Source: Octopus sinensis | Taxonomy: Eukaryota | Direction: 5' to 3' | Assembly (NCBI RefSeq): GCF_006345805.1 | Contig: NC_043001.1 | Span: 33,356,001 to 33,420,000 of the forward strand | DNA: 64,000 nucleotides | Shown here: piece after piece, positions 1 to 12,210 of the stretch | How positions within the stretch are numbered: the first letter of the stretch is position 1 | Layout: every line of letters starts with the position of its first letter | Made by a program: the position numbers and the translations under genes | Notes under the pieces: generated by a model | Told to the model about the DNA's origin: nothing | What the model saw: only the letters and a program-made list of their open reading frames with translations | The model's database searches: none

Positions 1-281
1 TGTGTATAACCATACGCTAGAAAAAGATCACATACGATCTAACTAGAAAGAAAAAATGTTCTCCAGAAAAAATTCAGCGAACACAGAACATAAGCGGGCA
101 AGACAGATGAAAATTATATAAAAATCAAGATATACTCATGTATTGAAATTTTTTCTGATTTTTCAGATTTTTAGATGCTAGGCTACTGGTTTTAAATTGA
201 TATTAATTAAATTAATATTCAATTTATCTCCCTCATTATATATATATATATTATTGTTAATTCTTTATATATATATATATA

Positions 282-318
<37 letters not shown>

Positions 319-665
319 ATATATATATATATAATATATATATTATAATATATGTTAAACTCGATGAAGAATTATTTTTAATGAGGACCAATCCGTTTTA
401 AGAGAATACTGTTGGAGTTCTTTAAAGATGTAAGGCTACGTTCTTGCTAAATATGAAGATAGGTAATCAATTTCTTATTCTTAATATACTTTAAAGTCTT
501 AAAATAATTTGAAAAATAAAGAGAAACGGGAGTGTTGGAATGTAAATTATTCATAAAATTACAACTGTTCATACGTGCTAAACCGGAGTGGCCGGAATAA
601 ACTCACATGTCTAAATATTGGGCCGGCAGAATGACAGTGATGAAGAAGTTGTATCAACAGCTGCT

Positions 666-714
666 GTGATGTACTTATGATGTACTTATGATGTACTTAT
701 GATGGACTTATGAT
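666..714. repeat. 12-bp tandem repeat (TGATGTACTTAT-type) x4
   Basis: Direct reading. Confidence 0.85.
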
Positions 715-859
715 ATTCTAAATATCGTTATGTTAGCACTTCAGAATATACAATGTTTTTGTTTTAATGATTGTAGCATAATTAGAGATTATAGAGTTTT
801 TTTGATTTTTGGACACGCTACATAACATTGACAATTAGCAAAGCTAATTTCCTCAAGAT

Positions 860-1162
860 CGTGGAGGCACAGGGCCTGGTGCTTAGAACAGCGGACACGC
901 GGTCGAGGGATCGCGGGTTCGAATCTCAGACCGGGCGATGTGTGTGTTTATGAGCGAAACACCTAAGCTCCACGCGGCTCCGGCAGAAGGTAATGGCGAA
1001 CTTCTGCTAACTCTTTCGCTACGACTTTCTCTCATTCTTTTCTCCTGCATCTTGCAGCTCACCTGCGACGGACCGGTGTCCCGTTCAGGTGGGGAACCTA
1101 TACGCCAAGGAAACCGGGAAACCGGCCCTTATGAGCCAGGCGTGGCTCGAGAAGGAACAAAC
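860..1162 (+). mobile_element. tRNA-headed SINE, family B, with 11-bp TSD TTCCTCAAGAT; other copies ~6308-6500 and ~45954-46255
   Basis: A-box/B-box-like head (tggtgcttag, gttcgaatc); TSD at 849-859 and 1163-1173. Confidence 0.8.
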
Positions 1163-1474
1163 TTCCTCAAGATGCACTCTAACAACTATTCTTTTATTGT
1201 TTTACTTTCAGTCATTTTGACTGCGACCATGCTGGAGCACTGCTTTAAAGGGTTTTTAGTCGAAGCAATTGACCCCACTACTTTGTAAGCCTCGTACTTA
1301 TTCTATCCGTCTCTTTTGCCGAACCACTAGGTAACGTGGACGTAAACACACCAGCATTGGTTGCCAGGCGATGGTGGTGGGGCGACAAACACAGACAAAA
1401 GATACACACACATAAATATACATACATACATACATACATACATACATACATACATACATACATACATACATACA

Positions 1475-1508
<34 letters not shown>

Positions 1509-2536
1509 CGACGTGTTTCTCTCAGTTTCTGTCTACCAAATCTATTTACATGGCTTTGGTCGGCCCGAGGCAATAGTAGAAGACACTTGCCCATGGTTCC
1601 ACTGAGTGGGACTGAACCCAGAACCATGTGATTGGGAAGTGAGATTTTTACTATAGAGCCTATCAATAAAACCTTGAGATTTATTGATTGTCATGGAAAG
1701 GTTTGGACGTTCTGGAAACTAAAGATATCAAAACGAAAGGTATCATCTTTTGGTTTGAGTGGCATATTTGTTTTTATTAGTTTCAAGTTTTAGCACAAGG
1801 CCAGCAATTTCCTGGGTTGGGGTAATAAGTCAATTATATTGACCCTGTGTTCAAAAGGCGGTGAGCTGGCAGAAACGTTAGCGCGCTGGGCGAAATGTTT
1901 AGCGATATTTCGTCTGTCGTTATGTTCTGAGTTCAAATTCCGCCGAGATCGACTTTGCCTTTCATCCTTTCGGGGTCGATAAATAAAGTACCAGTTTTGC
2001 AACTGGGGTCATTGTAATTCCTTTGTCCTTGTTTGTCCCCTCTATGTTTAGCCCCTTGTGGGCAGTAAAGAAATATATATTGACCCTGTGTTCAACTGGT
2101 AATTATTTTGTCGACCCCTGAAAGGATGAAAAGCAAAGTCCATAAAGACGGACGAAATGCCGCTAAGCAATTAACCCGGAGTAGTAACAATAGTGCCAGT
2201 TCGCCACCGGATATAATTGCATCCTCTCTTTTGATGAGATTAATAGCTTCGGTGATATGGGGGTGTACGCTTCGTAACCATTTGCTTTGTACCATTGCAG
2301 ATCCACAGCTGGTCTAAATTATACATCAGCATTACTGGAAGGAGCATCTTCCTTTTAGATAAGGCCTGTGTAGCGGTAGATCTGAAGAATTTTTTTAACT
2401 CTACAGAATTATTAAATATTTCTTATTGAGCCATGGCTGCCTAGTTAAGAAGCTCACTTTGCTACCACGTGGTTTTGGGTTCAGTTCAACTGCGCAGCTT
2501 CTTGTAATTAAACTTAGTAGACAGAAATTGTGTGGA

Positions 2537-2946
2537 AGGCGAGCTGGCAGAAACGTTAGCACGCCGGGCGAAATGCTTAGCGGTATTTCGTCTGCCGCTA
2601 CGTTCTGAGGTCAAATTCCACCGAGGTCGACTTTGCCTTTCATCCTTTCGGGGTCGATTAAATAATTACCAATTACGCACTGGAGTCGATATAATCGACT
2701 TAATCCGTTTGTCTGTCCTTGTTTGTCCTCTCTGTGTTTAGCCCCTTGTGGGTAGTAAAGAAATAGGTATTTCGTCTGCCGCTACGTTCTGAGTTCAAAT
2801 TCCGCCGAGGTCGACTTTGCCTTTCATCCTTTCGGGGTCGATTAAATAATTACCAATTACGCACTGGAGTCGATATAATCGACTTAATCCGTTTGTCTGT
2901 CCTTGTTTGTCCTCTCTGTGTTTAGCCCCTTGTGGGTAGTAAAGAA
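2537..2946 (+). mobile_element. SINE family D, head plus two 184-bp units
   Basis: Unit starts at 2582 and 2766. Confidence 0.85.
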
Positions 2947-3138
2947 ATCAGAATTACTACAAAAAGATAAAATAATTTCTATCAATTTGTATCCATGACT
3001 ATTTCTTGGCAGTTCTTGCAACAGCTGCCAGTTGATGTTATTACTCCAACTTTTTTTTTCACATCCACTTTTGTCTTCGTTAGTGAAGCTGCTGATTGAG
3101 GAACATCGTCGATATCAATTATTTTTTTCTTTTTATAG

Positions 3139-3263
3139 AAAATGGGTCTGAACTTACATTGTACCGTTACTGTCAGAAGAATCTTCGTTTGCCATTTTAT
3201 ACCCATTTGGAAGTTGGTGAGAGGAGGTCAAATGACCAAACAGATAGTCTGCAAAAAGACTGA
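3139..3263 (+). CDS. Possible terminal exon of an unidentified convergent gene ((E)NGSELTLYRYCQKNLRLPFYTHLEVGERRSNDQTDSLQKD*)
   Basis: Strong polypyrimidine acceptor tttttctttttatAG, 41-codon frame to TGA, AATAAA near 3563; no family recognised. Confidence 0.25.
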
Positions 3264-3587
3264 CAATCATGTTTGTGGGCAGTTCGAGGAGAGATTTTGC
3301 TGCTATTTCTACTAAGTCGAGCGAACACAGAGATTTTCTCATTGACTAAGGGGTATAAAAATTTTATAAGCCTAGCAACTTAGGACATTAAAAGATAGAT
3401 TCAAGGTAACACTTTAAAGGCGTATCGGATACTGATTGGTCAATATTGACAATGAAATGTATGAAAAGACAGTAAAGACTGAGTATTGTGTTCAGTGATG
3501 TTAGATATAAAGTAGTGAGTATTGATTCTGTATCACGTTGAAGGCACCGGTTCCCATCCGATCAATAAAGTTAAGCAACATAGAGCA

Positions 3588-3952
3588 TCTCTATATATAC
3601 AAACGGCAAAATGTCTGTGTGCGTGTCTTTTATACAAATCCACAATTTTTCAGTTAGAGGGCTCGCACTTTCTATGGTCATTCAAAACCGTCCAAGGGTG
3701 GTCGTGCACATCTTTACATTTCCCCAGTCACCCCGCAAAGCCATTAAAAAAATCAATAGAAGTGACTTTTTTGTGAATTTTCTATCCAAAACCCAATCAA
3801 AATGCCCGAAACTTGATACACCAATTGAATGCCAGCTAGCTGTATGTGATTGGTCGGAGATTTGGACAGTACTCGCGTGTATGTGCGCATGCACGCAGCT
3901 GTATGTGCGTGCACTAGCGCTATGACCCGCCGTTGTGGGGTCATAGTGCTAG
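3588..3952 (+). mobile_element. Non-autonomous Helitron, family 1
   Basis: A|TC start, terminal hairpin, CTAG|T end; homologous to 30160-30522. Confidence 0.75.
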
Positions 3953-5054
3953 TAATTAATATTTATATGAGTAACCACTTCGAAAATCTAGGCGCAACTC
4001 TATATGTGGCCATATAAGAAATTGAACCCAGCACTGCAAACTGAAGAAGCATTCCTGAAGTTTTCATTGTTCCTGAAAAGAGCGGAGTGGTTGCGTATTT
4101 AATTACAAATCGCTTCAATGGGAAGTTAAACAACAGACTTAAACAGCAACGACCGATTTACAGCTCGATGAGAGCTGGGTTCGGTTCTAACACAACGCAC
4201 TTCCAAAGGGTAAAGATATTTCACTAACCCCTCACCTGGTCTCCCGATGTCCTATCGGCTCATCTATCTACATTTCACTGAAATCTTATACTAGGAATGG
4301 GGAAAGCTCTGCTACACTAGTTTTTAGTTTTTCCTTATGATATTGTTAAAAGATTTAGACTATAAAGGACAGAACATTTCATATAGAAAATTTCGAATCA
4401 TATAGACTGGAAATAGGTTTATCCACATTTCCTTTGCCTAACTAATTCGATGCAACAAAAAGCCTCTGTGCAGTCGCTCAATCTGCTAGAAATGTTAGCC
4501 GAATCTCCTTCAAATCATATGATCCCTAAGAACTTTTAACAAAAAGCGGGCAACATTAGCTAACAAGGATGGTCGCGGTTAGAATGCCTTTGACCACATT
4601 TCTACTTGGTCAAGGCTGGTCAAGAGCACTCCAACAACAACCTCTATGACTACTACCATCTGTCTTTTGTCACGGTTTGACACATAAGATCAATTTCTTA
4701 ATTATACAAATAAAGAATAACACAGACTTACACATTTGGAAAGAGTCCAATAAGCAAACAACTAAGAAAAGAGTTTCAAAAGCTATTAAGAGCACGATGA
4801 TAGGACATGTCACCACAAACCATTGTCGATGTTTCAGCGTGACAGTTTTATAGTAGTACTGTCAATAAACCTTAGAAAACGTTGACTGTTACAAATTCCT
4901 CATATGTCATACGCGTCCGCACGCGTATACATATGCATACATACATTGTGTGTGTGCGTGTGTGTGCGTGTGTCTGTCAGTCTGTATCTGTGTGTGAGTG
5001 AGTGTGTGTGTCTGTGTGTGTGAATGTGTGTGCGTGAGTGTGAGTGTGTGTGTG

Positions 5055-6044
5055 TACCCGTATTTATATTTATGTACGTGTATATAAAAAAAAGAATTGG
5101 CACTCAGTCGGTCACGACGAAGAGAGTTCCAGTTGATCCAAGCAATGGAACAGCCTGCTCATGAAATAAACGTGCAAGTGGCCGCGTACACCGACACGCA
5201 CACCCTTAACATAGTTCTCAGGGAGATTCGGCGTGCCATAGAATGTGACAATGTGAAATACAGGTACTTCTCGTTTTTGCCAGCTGAGTGGACTGAGTTA
5301 AAGGGAAATAAAGTGTCTTGTTCAAAGGCACGACGCGCTGCCGGGAATCGAACTCACGACCTTACGGCTGTCAGCCGAATGCCCTAACCACCAAGCCACG
5401 TGCCTTGATGTACGTGTGTATATAGACATATATATTTCTTTACTGCCCACAAGAGGCTAAACATAGAGCGGACAAACAAGGACAAACGGATAAAGTCGAT
5501 TACATCGATCCCAGTGCGAAACTGGTACTTTATTTATCGACCCCGAAAGGATGAAAGGTCGATAAATAAAGTACCAGTTTCGCACTGGGATCGATGTAAT
5601 CGACTTTATCCGTTTGTCCTTGTTTGTCCGCTCTATGTTTAGCCTCTTGTGGGCAGTAAAGAAATATATATGTCTATATACACACGTACATCAAGGCACG
5701 TGGCTTGGTGGTTAGGGCATTCGGCTGACAGCCGTAAGGTCGTGAGTTCGATTCCCGGCAGCGCGTCGTGCCTTTGAACAAGACACTTTATTTCCCTTTA
5801 ACTCAGTCCACTCAGCTGGCAAAAACGAGAAGTACCTGTATTTCACATTGTCACATTCTATGGCACGCCGAATCTCCCTGAGAACTATGTTAAGGGTGTG
5901 CGTGTCGGTGTACGCGGCCACTTGCACGTTTATTTCATGAGCAGGCTGTTCCATTGCTTGGATCAACTGGAACTCTCTTCGTCGTGACCGACTGAGTGCC
6001 AATTCTTTTTTTTATATACACGTACATAAATATAAATACGGGTA
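5055..6044. repeat. Perfect palindrome: 488-bp arms, 14-bp spacer, built from two SINE families
   Basis: Arms 5055-5542 and 5557-6044; identical mirrored 96-aa ORFs in the track; no mismatch in the segments I compared. Confidence 0.95.
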
Positions 6045-6799
6045 TATCAAATATCATAAAAGAAATTCTTGATTTTATAAAAGTTATCTCTACCTCGAGA
6101 CAATGTATCAACCAAATGGTAATAGAGACCAGCAGCATACGATGAAGGGTAATAATCTCAAGGATCAAGGATTTTCCAAAATTGGTATGCAATTAAGGAA
6201 AGCGACAGGCGTGTCGCCAGGAGATAAAAGGACTGTGTTGGACAAGTTTCTGCTTTAATAGGCATCATCAGTCCGAAAACTGCCCTAACTTATCAATAAT
6301 AGCAGAAGTGGAGGCACAGGGGCCCAGTGGTTAGTGCAGCGGACTCGCGGTCGTAAGAACGCGGTTTCGATTCTCAGACCGAGCATTGTGAGTGTTTATT
6401 GAGCAAAAACACCTAAGCTCCACGAGGCTCCGACGGATAGTGGTGGTGAACTCCGCTGTACTCTTTCACCAAAACTTTCTCTCACTCTTTCTTCCTACTT
6501 CTGTCACAAAGCAGCGGAACCACGGTGTAACCCACTATGGTGTGGTAAACTTTCAGACCCTAGTCTAGATTGCGAATCCTCTGTACCCCAGGATGATTCA
6601 GCTCTCCATCTGTTAAAAGCCACCGTTTACGGAATGAGGATAACAACGTAGCTTTCCCGCCCGTGCAACCGCCAGTCTATCGCATGTGGTGGGTGGATCT
6701 TCAAGTTTCCACACGCATTCTTAGTAACTTAGGGTAGGCTCGAATTAGAGATTATTCTTTGTGGCTAATGGCGTGAGCCCTGATTGGTAGTAGTAGTAG

Positions 6800-6855
6800 A
6801 AGAAGAAGAAGAAGAAGAAGAAGAAGAAGAAGAAGAAGAAGAAGAAGAAGAAGAA
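6800..6855. repeat. (GAA)n microsatellite
   Basis: Direct reading. Confidence 0.95.
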
Positions 6856-7633
6856 AACAGCGGAGGGATACAGAGATACGAAAAGACTAGAACATTTTAT
6901 GGCTAAGATAATTTGCATAAATTGAACACAAATGAGCTATGGGGAAATAACTTAATGAGGCCAGTGGTATGTAATATATGAACAACATTGACAAATACAA
7001 GTATACCAGACATATTTCCCCTTTTTTATTCGTTGTGAGTTATAACCATGTAACTATTTAGGCTTTGTTTCTCGCTATTTAAATTACACATTTCGTTGGT
7101 TAAATATGTTTGGTAGTTGGGCTGTGGATGAGTTGCTGCAGGCTTCTAAAAGCTGATCATATACCCAGCCGAATATAGGTGTTCCAATTCGTGGTAGCGA
7201 ACCGTATCATCGAATGCTTAAAATATCCTACAGGAACTATTGTTATGTTCCTGATTTATTTGTATAAAGAATAAAATGTCCAGAGTCCTCTGAAGGGAGT
7301 GAGCCTAATCATTGAATACTTAAAATATTCGATGGGAACCATTGTTATATTCCTGATTTCTTTGGTTGACGAATTAAATGATTAGAGTTCACCGGCGATA
7401 AGTTGTTTGTTACATGGGCGATTTATGTATTTGACACCTAACTGTATCTTTGAGATGATTGTTGAGCAAGAGTGATTATTTCTCTGTGGTCGATCGAAAT
7501 GCTAGATAACGGAGTGAAATCTCCCTCAAGCCTCAGCCCACCATCTTAAAAATTGATATAATACTATTCGTGTGAATATTTCGTTTCTGGATTTGGCTTG
7601 CAAGATTCTTTATATGAGTTCGTGTGTTGAAGC

Positions 7634-7827
7634 ATATTCTGTTGTGTCTGGGGAGAGTCATTCTCTTTTAGTGCCTTATTATTTAACACAAGACTATTGG
7701 AAAGGTTGCAAGACGCAACGAAAATTTTAGAAAATAAAAATAAGAAATAAGTGGAAATTTTACCGGTGAGCGTGTTAAATAATAAGGCACTAAAAGAGAA
7801 TGACTCTCCCCAGACACAACAGAATAT
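7634..7827. repeat. Perfect 56-bp inverted repeat with 82-bp spacer
   Basis: Arms 7634-7689 and 7772-7827; spacer and right arm homologous to ~49715-49835. Confidence 0.85.
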
Positions 7828-9840
7828 TCGTGAGAAGTTATTGCATAATGCTTTCATAATATGTTTGCAAAGTTGGTTTGAAGACGTCTAACAGTTGAAT
7901 ATTTATCCTACTAATCACTTTCTTTTTCTTTTTTCTTTTTTACGATGGTAGTTGTGTGGGCGAGTAAATTATTGCTATTGATTTTGTCTTTCGAAAGAAA
8001 AGATAACGTATTTCTAGTTTGACTTTTTTATTTTGTAGTATGAGCTGTGTAATGGTTTTTGTTGTAAAGACTCTTTATACGTAGTACATGTCTAATGGCG
8101 AGTTAATATAGATTTTTACAAGAGACGTTCTTGACTAAATGTGATATTTTGAGGTCAATTTTTTTTCTTCGTGCTGTTACTGTTCTTCTTTGGATCTCAG
8201 TGATTCCTAGGTCACTTATGATCAAAAGAAACCCCAGTCGTGACCACACATTCTTTATTTTCAGGTATAGTGTTCTCGTTATTAGTTTCTCTTTAAGACA
8301 GTGGATTTGGTTTGAGGGAGATTCAGAGAGTCAGACTTGATATGTAAAATAAGAAAATATGTTTTAAAATGCATGAGTCAAACATCATGGAAAATTTAAA
8401 TATATTTCTCTCCCTTTTCTTCTATTCTAACCGGATTCGTGTATCGTATTAATTAGAGAAAACGCATAACAAATTTTGTCAGTACTCCTTTCAAAATAAA
8501 AAAAGGGCTTTAAAACTATGGCGTTGTCGAATATTTAACAATAAGTAATTTCAGACAGCTCAGCCATAGTAAAAGCTAATTGAAACTGTCTTACTAATAA
8601 AGCTCTCCGGCAATTTATGCTTACTTTACAGAGCAGGAACATAAAAATATTGATACAGCTTCAGAAGTATTTCGTAGATTTAGAAGGTTTTACATCCAGT
8701 GTTGGCCAGCATCCTTTTAGCTATCTTTCAAGCTCAGATAGATTAGATAGATTTACCCATTATTGCAATCAAATGAAAGAAGGAGCCTATGTGCATCCGC
8801 TTGACCATATCTCTCCGAAATCATATCCCATCGTCTTAAAAATATCAAACAGCTCATGTCCTATCATCTTTAAAAATCTAGAAATACATTAGATAACATT
8901 ATCCTGGATGCCTCTAAAGATATGGAATTGTTGTGGCAAGAATAAGTTTCAGTATGTCTGTTCGATGAGGGTGGGGCTGGATTTGAATAATGCCACAAAC
9001 CATGCTCTTCTATCTAAAAATAAAAGGACGCATTAGCTAATGCTATCCAGAATATCGCTAAAATAACAGGATGATCTGGGCTGAAGCACTTTTGATCATA
9101 TCTGCTCAAAGTTAACTTATTGTTAGACAACAAAAAATCAATACAAACAACAATTTAAAAATAAAATTTACAAAGTCATAGAAATGAGTTTATTTTCATT
9201 AATTTATATATTACATCATATCACATACTCGAAAACTTTTCTTGGGTAACGAATTGGCCAAATCGTTAACGCGTTCGCAAAGCGACATGGGAGTATTTAG
9301 TTACAGCCTCTTACGATCTAAGTTCAATTCCAGTCTGAAACTGATTTTTCCTTTCATTTTTTTTTTTGAAAAGTCTGTGAAATATGTACCCGTCAAATAT
9401 TCGGATCGATGTAATCGAGTATACCCACCTTCATGTTTGAGTTCTTGTATCGAACCTAATTTATCGATATTGATAGACATTTCAAAATGGCACTGGTGCT
9501 GTTGATTGTGTAGCAACATTAAGGCTTTGTAGTAAAAAAAAAATCTCTAAAGAATGTTTAAAAGTTGTTTCCTTTTGATCACAATATCTACTGAAACATC
9601 GTTTTCAATCCATTATCCTATATCTGAGTCATAGAACTTTTGTTGAGATACGTAATTTTAGCACAGTAATAGTTTTCAATATTTCATATATAGAATTGCT
9701 AGATGGAAGTATAGAAGTTAGAAGTCTAACTAAACTTACACACATACAGCACCTTTCTTTCTTAACTCAGTAAAAAAGGAATTCCGTCTTTTTATTAATA
9801 CAAAAATCACAAACAATTATATGTGTGTGTGTGTGAGACA

Positions 9841-9919
9841 AGAAAATGGAGGGAATCCAGAGGTAGTATTCATCAGCTGTTAGACATTATATCATGTGTA
9901 TTTATATTTATTTAAAACT

Positions 9920-9957
<38 letters not shown>

Positions 9958-9964
9958 TATATAG

Positions 9965-10003
<39 letters not shown>

Positions 10004-10092
10004 ATATATTATCAGAACTGCTTTAAATAAATACACATAATACAATGTCTAACAGCTGATGATATACTACCTCTGGATTTCCTCCAATTTCT
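9841..10092. repeat. Imperfect inverted repeat (~85-bp arms) with (TA)n centre
   Basis: tccagaggtagtattcatcagctgttagacatt.. / ..aatgtctaacagctgatgatatactacctctgga. Confidence 0.8.
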
Positions 10093-10312
10093 TCTTGCCA
10101 TATTAATTAAGGGTAAAACCACTTATTACCCTCTCCTAGTTAATATACTCAGTAGTGTAACTGCCACGCAATAACCAACAGTTGTGTATTATTCAGGAAT
10201 TCTACCAGCAGTATATTGGATAGATACTATCCCTTAGTTGGTTGGATCCACAACCTCTAACTCTCTTTGAAACTCTCAACAAATGTTCTATAACTCAGTT
10301 ATAAGATAATAG

Positions 10313-10350
<38 letters not shown>

Positions 10351-10544
10351 CTCTCCGTTTTTGTTTGTTTGTTTTTCCTTCTCTTTCCATTTTTTTCCTC
10401 TCAGCCCTTTCTGTCGAATAGTGAAGGCTCGAATCGTCAAAGACTTTTCCATTCTTCCCGAGTGTCAAACTAATACACTTGCTTGTTAATCCCTCACTTG
10501 ACTTCGTCTTTTATTTCTTGTAAATTTGAACTATATATAGTGAT

Positions 10545-10693
10545 AGATCGCTAGCCACTACACCTTTTTATGTTTTCTCCCCCTGTTTATTTCTATGTTC
10601 CTTTCTGTCGAAGAGCGTAGGCTCGAAACGTAAAAGACTTTCTCACTTCCCGAGCGTTAAACTAATACATCGTCTTTTGTTTTTTGTAAATTC

Positions 10694-10697
<4 letters not shown>
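10545..10697 (+). mobile_element. Short Penelope-derived hammerhead-bearing repeat in (TA)n (motif 10600-10638); degenerate tandem partner at ~10370-10530
   Basis: Same sequence as 36030-36230, flanked by TA runs. Confidence 0.7.
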
Positions 10698-10731
<34 letters not shown>

Positions 10732-11009
10732 CCTGATTGAAGAATGAAAATATAAGTATATTTCAAGTTTAAGTTTTAGAAAAGATATTTTTTGTTTAAA
10801 AAATAATTAGCGAAAAAAGGTGCATGAGAAAGTACAAAAAAAAAATTTTATTTGGAAGCAGGTTAATTGAGAAATTGGTGCGTATTACTTGTAGCTACTA
10901 AATTGAAGATCTCGTTTTAAATCGTGGTAACACTATCTTAAATATACAAAAAAAGAAAATTATTAAATTATTTTAAGAAGTGCATGTAATTATAGGTGGA
11001 TATGTATAC

Positions 11010-11056
<47 letters not shown>

Positions 11057-11284
11057 ATCGCCTATTTAGCCCCACCGATAAATCGATCATTATAACAAAA
11101 ATCTTTAAAGCAAATAAACATAAATGCGTGTTCCCACGAAAGGCGCTGTACAAATTAAAATAAGTCAAAATTGCATTTGTTCGTTATGGATATGTTCAAG
11201 AGTAAACTAAAAAAAATCAATTCTTTGTGTTTGAATATGAGGTGCATGGCTTCGTTATTCCAGATCTGTTCACACTGTACTCAC

Positions 11285-11365
11285 TGAATCAATCTGTTGG
11301 TAACTTTTTATAAGGTTGTACACTAAACCCGCCGTGACCAGAGTCAGTCCAAGGAGACTTGATAC
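11285..11365 (-). CDS. SEL1L3: SEL1L3 transmembrane exon (VSSLLGLTLVTAGLVYNLIKSYQQIDS)
   Basis: ttcttgcag / GTGAGT, phase 0, hydrophobic segment at the expected C-terminal position. Confidence 0.85.
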
Positions 11366-11479
11366 CTGCAAGAATGGAACAGGAAATTTTATGCAGATTT
11401 GAGTGCAATAAGTTCAAAGATTTAGGGAAAAGCAAAACAAGATATGCTAATAATAATAATAATAATCATTTCTACTATA

Positions 11480-11752
11480 TGATCTTTACCTTTTGACCTA
11501 CAGATTTAAAAAATAATTTTTTGTAACTAAACACTAGTAGACAAACGAAATATACACCGCCAGAAGCTCTTGTTGACAAACAACAGCAGTAATTTTATTC
11601 GGCTGAATACACGTCATTGATTGGTTGAAATTACAGAAATACGAGAACTTTAAGGTGAAATAACTTCATAAATATAAGTTTTTCTCAAAAATGCTAAGTT
11701 TGAAAGTGTTTAGTTACAAAAAAATTATTCTTTAAATCTGTAGGTCAAAAGG
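11480..11752. mobile_element. MITE with ~45-bp TIRs inserted into a SINE tail
   Basis: ccttttgacctacagatttaaa...tttaaatctgtaggtcaaaagg; TACTATA on both flanks. Confidence 0.7.
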
Positions 11753-12139
11753 TACTATAGACACAAGGCCTGAAATTTGCGGTGAGGGGCTAAGTGGATT
11801 GCATCGATTCCAGTACTCAACTGCTACTTAATCTATCGGCCCCCAAAGGGTAAAAGACCTCGGCGGAATTTGAACTCAGAACATAAAGACGAACGAAATG
11901 CCGCTAAGCATTTCGCCCGGCATGCTAACGATTCTGCCAACTCGCCGCCTTAATGATAATAATAATCCTTTCTGCGAAAGACGCAAGGCCTCAGTGTTTC
12001 ACTGGTACTTAATTTATCGACCCCGAAATGACGAAAGGTAAAGTCGACCTCGGTGGAATTTGAACTCAGAACATAGAGACGGACGAAATGCTGCTAAGCA
12101 TTTTCCCGGTGTGCTAACGATTCTACCAGCTCGCTGCCT

Positions 12140-12210
<71 letters not shown>

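Noticed and set aside
360-410. Short coding-looking stretch LDEELFFNEDQSVLREYCWSSLK with a GTAAGG donor
   Set aside because: No credible acceptor upstream (TA microsatellite) and no recognised homology.
5097-6002. Two identical 96-aa ORFs on opposite strands
   Set aside because: They are antisense readings of SINE family C duplicated by the palindrome; no protein motif.
9301-9519. 72-aa minus-strand ORF as SEL1L3 last exon or a separate gene
   Set aside because: Its 3' two-thirds is a decayed SINE D copy, and no convincing phase-0 acceptor leads into this frame.
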